Source: Spongiibacteraceae bacterium
GTDB lineage: Bacteria; Pseudomonadota; Gammaproteobacteria; Pseudomonadales; Dasaniaceae
Assembly: GCA_028280715.1 (NCBI GenBank)
Contig: JANQLG010000012.1
Span: forward strand, 62,211-126,210
DNA: 64,000 nt
Direction of reading: 5' to 3'
Below are positions 27,773 through 34,224 of the stretch, piece by piece. The position numbers and the translations under genes are program-made. Every line of letters begins with the position of its first letter. The first letter of the stretch is position 1. The notes below the pieces were generated by a model. It searched no databases, had not been told where the DNA came from, and saw nothing but the letters and a program-made list of their open reading frames with translations.

Positions 27773-28336
27773 TTAAGCAGCAAGCCAACATCTTTGCCCA
27801 CTAAAACGGGCTTTTAAGTATTCCATCTGATCACCACGAATCTGGCGATTATCCAGATACATAAATTCAAAAATATTCGGCGCAAAAGGAATGGCTAATA
27901 ATTCCATACCTGCTTGTTCTGGAGTACGACCACCTTTATGGTGATTGCACCGTTCACATGCAGCGACAACATTGGTCCAACAATCCTTACCACCTTGTAC
28001 ACGTGGCACAATGTGATCACGCGTTAACTGCCTGTTATCGAATTCCATTCCACAATACATACAACGTTGACCATCACGCCGAAACAACATCCTGTTAGTT
28101 AGCAGTGGTTCGAAGTTTTGTTTTCCAACATCACCACTGCAGGCAATGATCGGAGCTAGTTGCAAACTTGACTGCAAGCCTTCGCGGTTTACTCCACCAA
28201 AGATCCATAATGACTCAGAACCAAGACTCCAAATCACTTGCTCTTTTACATACATAGTGGCCGCTTCTTGACGGGTTACCCAAGCTTGAGGAACCCCTGA
28301 CTTATTCAATTTCAAAATGCGAGTTTGCTCTTTCAT
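27773..28336 (-). CDS. HNH endonuclease
   Basis: CMYCG...TRDHIVPRVQGGKDCWTNVVAACERCNHHKG (HNH/zinc-finger core). AGGTAGGAG RBS. It sits between tRNA genes. Confidence 0.8.
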   Translation of the reverse strand: MKEQTRILKLNKSGVPQAWVTRQEAATMYVKEQVIWSLGSESLWIFGGVNREGLQSSLQLAPIIACSGDVGKQNFEPLLTNRMLFRRDGQRCMYCGMEFDNRQLTRDHIVPRVQGGKDCWTNVVAACERCNHHKGGRTPEQAGMELLAIPFAPNIFEFMYLDNRQIRGDQMEYLKARFSGQRCWLAA

Positions 28337-28413
28337 ACTCCTACCTCTACTTCATCACTTTCACTCTCACAAATAAAGATGCACTTCCCCTGTGCGACTT
28401 ATCATCCGTAAGC

Positions 28414-28492
28414 TGGTACCCAAGGTGAGAGTCGAACTCACAAAATCAACAGATTCTAAATCTGCACGCTTTGCCAATTTGCGTACCTGGGT
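28414..28492 (-). tRNA. tRNA with UAG anticodon (Leu-decoding) but no long variable arm; non-canonical
   Basis: Acceptor ACCCAGG/CUUGGGU (one G.U), D arm CGCA-AAUUGGCAA-AGCG, anticodon arm GCAGA-UUUAGAA-UCUGU, 7-nt variable region UGAUUUU, T arm GUGAG-UUCGACU-CUCAC, A73, encoded CCA. Confidence 0.6.
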
Positions 28493-28539
28493 AAATTTTG
28501 TGTGCACACATCCCTTGTGCTTGTCTTTCATCCTTAAAC

Positions 28540-28614
28540 TGGTTGGGGCAATGGGAATCGAACCCACCTCCGCCGGATTAAAAGTCCGGTGCACAACCGC
28601 TATGCCATACCCCA
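28540..28614 (-). tRNA. tRNA-Lys (UUU)
   Basis: Acceptor UGGGGUA/UGCCCCA, D arm GCAU-AGCGGUU-GUGC, anticodon arm CCGGA-CUUUUAA-UCCGG, variable CGGAG, T arm GUGGG-UUCGAUU-CCCAU, A73, encoded CCA. 75 nt. Confidence 0.85.
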
Positions 28615-28630
28615 TCTTTCGAAAATAAAT

Positions 28631-28708
28631 TGGTCAGAGTGGTAGGACTCGAACCTACGACCCCCTCCATCCAAAGGAGGTGCGCTAACCAGACTGCGCT
28701 ACACTCTG
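28631..28708 (-). tRNA. tRNA-Pro (UGG)
   Basis: Acceptor CAGAGUG/CACUCUG (C1-G72), D arm GCGC-AGUCUGGUUA-GCGC, anticodon arm CCUCC-UUUGGAU-GGAGG, variable GGGUC, T arm GUAGG-UUCGAGU-CCUAC, A73, encoded CCA. 78 nt. Confidence 0.9.
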
Positions 28709-28723
28709 AAAATCTTTTTACTA

Positions 28724-28798
28724 TGGAGTGCGCAACTGGAATCGAACCAGTGAAAACGGAAGTTGCAGTTCCGCGCATTACCTCTCTGCCACACGCAC
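28724..28798 (-). tRNA. tRNA-Cys (GCA)
   Basis: Acceptor GUGCGUG/UGCGCAC (two wobble pairs), D arm GCAG-AGAGGUA-AUGC, anticodon arm CGGAA-CUGCAAC-UUCCG, variable UUUUC, T arm ACUGG-UUCGAUU-CCAGU, U73, encoded CCA. 75 nt. Confidence 0.85.
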
Positions 28799-28817
28799 TT
28801 TTTGCTCATTGTAAAAG

Positions 28818-28891
28818 TGGCTACGGTGTCCGGACTCGAACCGGAATCCTCGGAGTCAAAGTCCAATGCGTTACCATTTCGCCACACCGCA
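28818..28891 (-). tRNA. tRNA-Gln (UUG)
   Basis: Acceptor UGCGGUG/CACCGUA (U1-A72), D arm GCGA-AAUGGUA-ACGC, anticodon arm UUGGA-CUUUGAC-UCCGA, variable GGAU, T arm UCCGG-UUCGAGU-CCGGA, G73, encoded CCA. 74 nt. Confidence 0.85.
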
Positions 28892-28898
28892 AAAAATT

Positions 28899-28972
28899 TG
28901 GGGTGATGCCGGGAATTGAACCCTGGTCTCCTGGTCCACAGCCAGGCGCTCTACCACTGAGCTAACATCACC
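28899..28972 (-). tRNA. tRNA-His (GUG), one nucleotide short on the 3' side
   Basis: 5' GGUGAUGU-UA, D arm GCUC-AGUGGUA-GAGC, anticodon arm CCUGG-CUGUGGA-CCAGG, T arm CAGGG-UUCAAUU-CCCGG (A.G mismatch), 3' CAUCACC-CCA. The 5' side has the extra G typical of bacterial tRNA-His. Only 15 nt rather than 16 follow the T loop. Confidence 0.65.
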
Positions 28973-28978
28973 ACAATT

Positions 28979-29064
28979 TGGTGGGGAGGGAGTCGAACCC
29001 CCAAAGCTTTCGCGACGCGTTTACAGCGCGCTAGAGTTGCCACATCTCTTCTGTGCCTCCCCGC
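28979..29064 (-). tRNA. tRNA-Tyr(GUA)-like gene with aberrant acceptor/T-arm geometry (non-canonical or pseudo-tRNA)
   Basis: D arm AGAG-AUGUGGCAA-CUCU, anticodon arm GCGCG-CUGUAAA-CGCGU, 12-nt variable region containing GC-GAAA-GC, GGGGG-UUCGACU-CCCUC, end ...CCCCACCA. GGGGAGG can pair with CCUCCCC, but that uses nucleotides needed for the T stem. The gene is 4 nt short on the 3' side and has 4 nt extra on the 5' side. Confidence 0.4.
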
Positions 29065-29068
29065 TATT

Positions 29069-29143
29069 TGGCTGGCCTGGTAGGGGTCGAACCTACGATT
29101 CTCCGGTTAACAGCCGGACGCTTTACCACTCAGCTACAGACCA
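29069..29143 (-). tRNA. tRNA-Asn (GUU)
   Basis: Acceptor UGGUCUG/CAGGCCA (U1-A72, one U.G), D arm GCUG-AGUGGUA-AAGC, anticodon arm UCCGG-CUGUUAA-CCGGA, variable GAAUC, T arm GUAGG-UUCGACC-CCUAC, G73, encoded CCA. 75 nt. Confidence 0.85.
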
Positions 29144-29235
29144 ACAATTTTTAAGCGACCACATTGTTAAAAAACAGCTACCGTGTTGGCGGGTAGCGCA
29201 CCATGTCATTCAAAAAAATTCTACCGTAAAAAAAC

Positions 29236-29270
29236 AAAACCCCGGCTGGGTTCACCAACCGGGGTTTTTG
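29236..29270. terminator. Bidirectional rho-independent terminator between rtcA and the tRNA array
   Basis: AAAACCCCGGCTGG-GTTCA-CCAACCGGGGTTTTT, with an A-run before and a T-run after. Confidence 0.7.
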
Positions 29271-29510
29271 ATTACAAACTCCACTCCGGTTGGCACTAGC
29301 CTCCCGGAATTTCCAAAAGACTAGATTTTCGTTTTTTCACCTACAGACATCACTAGGTGACTTACATTTTTATTAGGCAGACTTTGCCCCTGCTTGCGAC
29401 ACTGCAAACATAAAAACCTTTCATTTATTGACAAATCTTTTGTCGTTTTCCTAAATAAATGGCATATCAAATTAACGATTACCTCTACGCAAAAATTTAC
29501 AGACATAAAA

Positions 29511-29549
29511 AAACCCGATAGATATTTTTCAAAAATACCTACCGGGTTT
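29511..29549. terminator. Long imperfect hairpin flanked by A/T runs (terminator-like) downstream of rtcA
   Basis: AAACCCGATAGATATTTTT-C-AAAAATACCTACCGGGTTT: 19-nt arms with 2 mismatches. Confidence 0.45.
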
Positions 29550-29859
29550 TAAACTTGTTTAAAGCTATTCAACCTGGAAGGCATAAGTGCCTTCCAAAAA
29601 GAAAGACACTGCTACCGATTATTCTCCACATGCGTGAGTGGGTTAATAACCATACGAATGCTATAACAGCACTGCATTAGGTTTTGTTGACCAAAAAATT
29701 TACTCATTACTTTTACTATTCGTTTTGCTTTATTTAAATCTTAATGAAAAATTAAAAAATTATTTCCATCAATTTAGTTGCAGCAATAATAGTATTCAAA
29801 ATTTCAAAGTCAACAAATTATTTATGAAAATATATACTTTATTAAAAAATTTATATTTT

Positions 29860-30885
29860 CTAAACACAAACCTCCCATACACCTTTTTCAATTTCACTCA
29901 ATTGAATATCAATATTCATTAACTGACTTATAATACTAATGTTAGTTAACAGGTGTTGACTTGGTTTTAGCGTTCGAAAAATACCACCCACACCCAATAC
30001 CATTGGCAACAACAACTGATCTGCCAGATATTCTCCTACACTAACATCAACTTTAAGGTAGCGTTTTACTTCTCGAATCGCCTTTTTTGCCACTCGCTCA
30101 GCACTAACACCATGCTCACCTACAACTTCTACCACTTCACTGACGTTTTCACTACACAAACGCAGTGAGAGAATATTGCCAGGACCTTGAGAACGTACAA
30201 GCTGTTGCTTAAGTGTCGACGCTGGCCACAACCCAATACGCCTAACTTGATCAAGTTCTCGTTCAGTAATATGCTCTGGTAAACACGCCGAAGTCGCAAC
30301 GGCTAAACGTGAAACTTCACGGCCACGTTCAACCAAATTTAGCCTTGTGGTTTTCTGCACTGGATAAATTCTTACACGCCAGGCACCACCGCCAGCAGGA
30401 TAAAAACCATAACGTTGTAACTCGACATCAGCCCGATAGCCCATTTGTGCAATAGCTGGCAAAAAACACTCAGCAATAAAATCAAAGCTAGGCGCAAATC
30501 CGTTATGTGTGCCACCTTCGAGATAAATTTCACTCACCTCTTTAGCGAATAACAGTGGCATATATACTGTTTGGAAAACCAAACTGGTACTGCCAGCTGA
30601 ACCCACTGAGAATCGGTATTCTCCAGCTTTAATCATCCCTGGCCTAAAAGTAACTTCCCTAGAACCCAATTCATCACCGGTTATTTCTGCATCGCAAATC
30701 ATTTGCGCAGCTCGTAGGCAAGTTAAGTGCTGCCGCAGCAAACCAGGCTTGGAACGACCTGCACGAATATTTTGTATTCGCACCGATTTTCCTAAACACA
30801 TTGCCAGGGTCAATGACGTTCGAAATATCTGTCCGCCACCCTCTCCTAATGAACCATCTATTACAATCACACTATTTTTCCTCAT
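29860..30885 (-). CDS. rtcA: RNA 3'-terminal phosphate cyclase
   Basis: Close to E. coli RtcA (IDGSLGEGGGQIFRTSL, RAGRSKPGLLRQHL, FYPAGGG, EYLADQLLLPM). The ATG at 30885 matches the E. coli N-terminus. The ORF-track extension to 30936 runs into the tRNA-like element. Confidence 0.9.
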   Translation of the reverse strand: MRKNSVIVIDGSLGEGGGQIFRTSLTLAMCLGKSVRIQNIRAGRSKPGLLRQHLTCLRAAQMICDAEITGDELGSREVTFRPGMIKAGEYRFSVGSAGSTSLVFQTVYMPLLFAKEVSEIYLEGGTHNGFAPSFDFIAECFLPAIAQMGYRADVELQRYGFYPAGGGAWRVRIYPVQKTTRLNLVERGREVSRLAVATSACLPEHITERELDQVRRIGLWPASTLKQQLVRSQGPGNILSLRLCSENVSEVVEVVGEHGVSAERVAKKAIREVKRYLKVDVSVGEYLADQLLLPMVLGVGGIFRTLKPSQHLLTNISIISQLMNIDIQLSEIEKGVWEVCV

Positions 30886-30892
30886 GTTTATT

Positions 30893-31049
30893 TGGTGGAC
30901 GTGACGGGATTCGAACCCGCGTATAACAACAACCAAGGCATTACTCTTGGTCAGTCATAGACTTGGAAACGCGCGCCAGCTGACACCCGCATTAGAGCAT
31001 CGAGCCTGCATCCTCAACCGTACATCTATCACTGATTACGTTGCCACCA
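30893..31049 (-). ncRNA. CCA-terminated tRNA-like element between rtcB and rtcA (Y-RNA/YrlA-like candidate or degenerate tRNA)
   Basis: Minus strand ends GCGGG-UUCGAAU-CCCGU-CACGUCC-A-CCA, 7 nt before the rtcA ATG. The 3' ACGU-CCACCA can pair with UGGUGG-CA-ACGU at 31038..31049. An internal hairpin ACCAAG-AGUAAUGC-CUUGGU is present. No standard cloverleaf could be closed by eye. Confidence 0.4.
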
Positions 31050-31130
31050 GTTTTACCCGGCTACCTTCATGCTAATCATTTTAGGTAGTGACACTCCCTA
31101 CGCATCAGCACACCCTATAATCTCAAACAA

Positions 31131-31153
31131 ATAGTGCCGTCCCTTGGCACTAT
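31131..31153. other. 8-bp hairpin immediately downstream of rtcB (terminator/processing-site candidate)
   Basis: ATAGTGCC-GTCCCTT-GGCACTAT. On the minus strand it is followed by TTGTTTG. Confidence 0.4.
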
Positions 31154-31177
31154 CCCTTGGTACAATGAAACATCCCT

Positions 31178-32404
31178 TTACCCTTTTACACACACCACTT
31201 GTTTTAAGGTGTACACGATTTCCACTAAATCCTGTTGCGCCTCCATCACTTTATCGATGGGCTTGTACGCAGCCGGTGTTTCATCAATCACACCTTTGTC
31301 TTTTCGGCACTCAACATCCGCTGTTGCCTGAAGGTGCTCTTCCAAAGACACCATTTTTTTTGCTTTAGTGCGCGACATCACGCGACCTGCACCATGGCTA
31401 CAACTACAGAAGCTTTCTTCGTTGCCAAGTCCGCGAACAATGTAAGACCGAGCTCCCATGCTTCCGGGGATAATACCCATTTCACCTTCGCGAGCGCGTA
31501 CCGCACCTTTGCGTGTAACCAACACATCTTTTCCATAGTGGTGCTCGCGAGACACATAATTATGATGACAGTTCACCGCTTCCATCCGCGCCTCAAAGAT
31601 CATCCCTAATTCTTCGGTAACCGCTGCGATAACACGAGCCATCATTACTTCTCGGTTAATACGTGCAAAATTTTGTGCCCATTCCACCGCTTCGACATAC
31701 TCATCAAAATGTTCAGTACCTTCTGGCAAGTAAGACAGGTCACTATCAGGCAAATGAATATGCCAACGCTCCATATCTTTCTTAGCCACTTCAATAAAGT
31801 GCGTACCAATGCAGTTACCAACACCACGTGAGCCGCTATGCAACATAAACCATACTCGACCATACTCATCCAAACACACTTCGATAAAGTGGTTGCCAGT
31901 ACCTAAAGTACCCAGATGGTTAATGTTGTTGGTATTTTTCAATACCGGATGTTTATCTACTAACACATCAAATTGTGCTGACAGCGGCATCCAGGCTTTC
32001 ATCACATCATCAGGGACATTACACCACGCACCTTTATCCCGCTTACCGCGCAAACGCCTTGAACGACCATGCGGTACTGCTTTTTCAATCGCATCACGAA
32101 TACCGGCCAAGCTATCAGGCAACTGCTCCGCGGTCAGGCTGGTTCGCACCGCCATCATCCCGCAGCCGATATCTACTCCAACGGCTGCAGGAATCACCGC
32201 ACCTAATGTAGGAACGACGCTGCCAATTGTTGCACCCTTGCCAAGGTGGACATCCGGCATTGCCGCCACCCATTGATGAATAAAGGGCATTCGCGAAATA
32301 TTCTTTAATTGCTCTTTAGCATCTTCTTCAAAAGGAACGCCTCGGGTCCAAGTTTTGATAGGTACACCACCGTCTTGCATTACTTCATAGCGCTCTTGAG
32401 TCAT
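31178..32404 (-). CDS. rtcB: RtcB-family RNA ligase (copy 2, RtcR-controlled)
   Basis: 408 aa with strong similarity to E. coli RtcB. It is divergent from rtcR and has a sigma54 promoter upstream. Confidence 0.92.
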   Translation of the reverse strand: MTQERYEVMQDGGVPIKTWTRGVPFEEDAKEQLKNISRMPFIHQWVAAMPDVHLGKGATIGSVVPTLGAVIPAAVGVDIGCGMMAVRTSLTAEQLPDSLAGIRDAIEKAVPHGRSRRLRGKRDKGAWCNVPDDVMKAWMPLSAQFDVLVDKHPVLKNTNNINHLGTLGTGNHFIEVCLDEYGRVWFMLHSGSRGVGNCIGTHFIEVAKKDMERWHIHLPDSDLSYLPEGTEHFDEYVEAVEWAQNFARINREVMMARVIAAVTEELGMIFEARMEAVNCHHNYVSREHHYGKDVLVTRKGAVRAREGEMGIIPGSMGARSYIVRGLGNEESFCSCSHGAGRVMSRTKAKKMVSLEEHLQATADVECRKDKGVIDETPAAYKPIDKVMEAQQDLVEIVYTLKQVVCVKG

Positions 32405-32470
32405 TGCCTTGTCCTTTAAGTACTGAGTACTTATTAATAATTTTTATCCCATCTCTTTGCCTATGAGTAT

Positions 32471-32486
32471 TGCGAAGGCAGTGCCA
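32471..32486 (-). promoter_or_regulatory. Sigma54 (-24/-12) promoter of rtcB
   Basis: The minus strand reads TGGCAC-TGCCT-TCGCA, with GG and GC at consensus spacing, 67 nt upstream of the rtcB ATG. Confidence 0.75.
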
Positions 32487-32631
32487 ACATTCTTAAAAAG
32501 GTAGAAAATATTTTTATCTTATTGTTTTTAAAGGTTTTATTTTTAGCAGAGTAAAAATTCAAGAAGTTTATCATTCGATTGAATGTATATTTTTATATCT
32601 ATTTTGATATCTATATATTATATTTGATAGC

Positions 32632-34224
32632 ATGAAAACCGTAGCGATCAGCATTCTAGGTACCACTATGGACCGTCGTGGTAAGGGCGAAAAACGCTGG
32701 GACAAATGGCGCCCCACCATTTCCATGTGCCAACACGATGACCTATTGATTGATCGTCTGGAACTGCTATTCGACAACCACTCGCAGAGCCTGGCTGAGC
32801 AAGTCAAAGAGGATATCGCCCGCGTCTCTCCAGAAACCGAAGTGATTTATCACCACGTCAACTTTCATGACCCCTGGGATTTTGAAACGGTCTATGGCGA
32901 ATTGCTCGACTTTGCACGAGGCTATTCTTTTAAACCAAGTAAAGAGCGCTACCTAACACACATCACAACCGGCACCCACGTTGCTCAAATCTGCTTGTAT
33001 CTGTTGACCGAAGCTGGCTACCTGCCAGGCCAATTAATCCAAACATCCCCGGCACCTAGAAACAGTAATGTAGCAGGCCAATATCAAATTATTGATCTGG
33101 ACTTATCCAAGTACGATCAAATTGCGTCGCGCTTTAAAAAGGAGCACTTTGAAGGCACCACTTACTTAAAGGGAGGAATAAAAACCAATAACAAAGCCTT
33201 TAACCAAATGATCGAGCAATTGGAGCAGGTATCGATTCGCTCAAGTGAGCCGATTCTTTTAACTGGCCCCACCGGCGCCGGCAAATCACAACTGGCCCAA
33301 CGGATTTATTCACTAAAAAAACAGCGCGGCCTAATCAGCGGTAATTTGGTCGTCGTCAACTGTGCGACCTTAAAAGGTGAGAATGCCATGTCTGCGTTAT
33401 TTGGCCATAAGAAAGGCGCCTTTACCGGTGCAACAACCGATAGAGCAGGCCTGCTTCGCGAAGCCGATGGCGGCATGTTATTTCTGGATGAAATTGGAGA
33501 ACTTGGTACGGACGAGCAAGCCATGCTGCTACGCGCAATAGAAGATAAAAAATTTATGCCATTCGGCGCTGACAAAGAAACCACCAGCAATTTCTTATTA
33601 ATCGCTGGTACTAATCGCGATTTGAGCGGTCAAGCTCAACGGGGAGAATTCCGCGAGGATTTACACGCCCGCATTGATTTGTGGACCTATCGACTACCTT
33701 CACTTTCAGAAAGGATGGAGGACTTCGAACCAAATCTCGATTATGAACTGGAGAATTACTCCACCAAAACCGGTTATCTCATCAGCTTTAACAAAGATGC
33801 CAGAAAAAAATACCTGCAGTTCGCAACATCGACAGAAGCCACATGGTCAGCCAATTTTCGGGACCTCAATGCCAGCATTACACGCATGGCAACCCTGGCC
33901 AATGGCGGTAGGATTACTGTAAGCGTCGTTAATGAAGAAATTGACCGACTGCAACACAAGTGGCAATCGACAAGCAATAAAAGCCACACCAATGACACAA
34001 CATTACTCAAATCCATTCTCGGTGAAAACAAGATTAAGTCACTGGACTTATACGAGCAGATGACACTAGCACCGGTATTAAAAATTTGTCAAAGCGCCAA
34101 CTCTATGGCCGAAGCAGGAAGAATCCTCTTCAATGTGAGCCGGGAGCAGAAAAAATCCAATAACGACTCACATCGGATAAAACAGATCCTGGATAAACAC
34201 CAGATTAAGTTTGGCGACCTATGA
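32632..34224 (+). CDS. rtcR: RtcR, CARF-domain sigma54-dependent transcriptional activator
   Basis: 530 aa. It has an N-terminal CARF-like region, an AAA+ sigma54-interaction core (LLTGPTGAGKSQLA, GAFTGA, LFLDEIGEL) and a C-terminal HTH. It is divergent from rtcB as in E. coli. Confidence 0.9.
   Translation: MKTVAISILGTTMDRRGKGEKRWDKWRPTISMCQHDDLLIDRLELLFDNHSQSLAEQVKEDIARVSPETEVIYHHVNFHDPWDFETVYGELLDFARGYSFKPSKERYLTHITTGTHVAQICLYLLTEAGYLPGQLIQTSPAPRNSNVAGQYQIIDLDLSKYDQIASRFKKEHFEGTTYLKGGIKTNNKAFNQMIEQLEQVSIRSSEPILLTGPTGAGKSQLAQRIYSLKKQRGLISGNLVVVNCATLKGENAMSALFGHKKGAFTGATTDRAGLLREADGGMLFLDEIGELGTDEQAMLLRAIEDKKFMPFGADKETTSNFLLIAGTNRDLSGQAQRGEFREDLHARIDLWTYRLPSLSERMEDFEPNLDYELENYSTKTGYLISFNKDARKKYLQFATSTEATWSANFRDLNASITRMATLANGGRITVSVVNEEIDRLQHKWQSTSNKSHTNDTTLLKSILGENKIKSLDLYEQMTLAPVLKICQSANSMAEAGRILFNVSREQKKSNNDSHRIKQILDKHQIKFGDL

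Noticed and set aside
28414-29143. Periodic ~75-95-bp recurrence of GGTTCGA-type motifs that could be taken for a CRISPR-like repeat array
   Set aside because: The recurring motif is the T arm of consecutive tRNA genes. The intervening sequences fold as tRNA bodies, not spacers, and no cas genes are present.
28367-29324. Six ORF-track entries (28367..28615, 28392..28628, 28578..28778, 28630..28965, 28699..28887, 29037..29324) covering the tRNA array
   Set aside because: They run straight through eight cloverleaf tRNA genes on both strands, use GTG/TTG starts and have no RBS. They are open by chance in tRNA-dense DNA.
29321-29922. ORFs 29321..29506 and 29725..29922 in the AT-rich rtcA-tRNA spacer
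   Set aside because: There is no RBS and the composition is implausible. 29725..29922 overlaps the rtcA 3' end on the opposite strand. The region is better explained by terminator hairpins (29236..29270, 29511..29549, 29576..29595).
20351-34224. Search for an Rsr/Ro60 (TROVE), archease, PrfH or Pnkp/Hen1 gene that would explain the tRNA-like RNAs
   Set aside because: No ORF in the window shows the corresponding motifs or sizes, so they cannot be claimed here. They may exist elsewhere in the genome.
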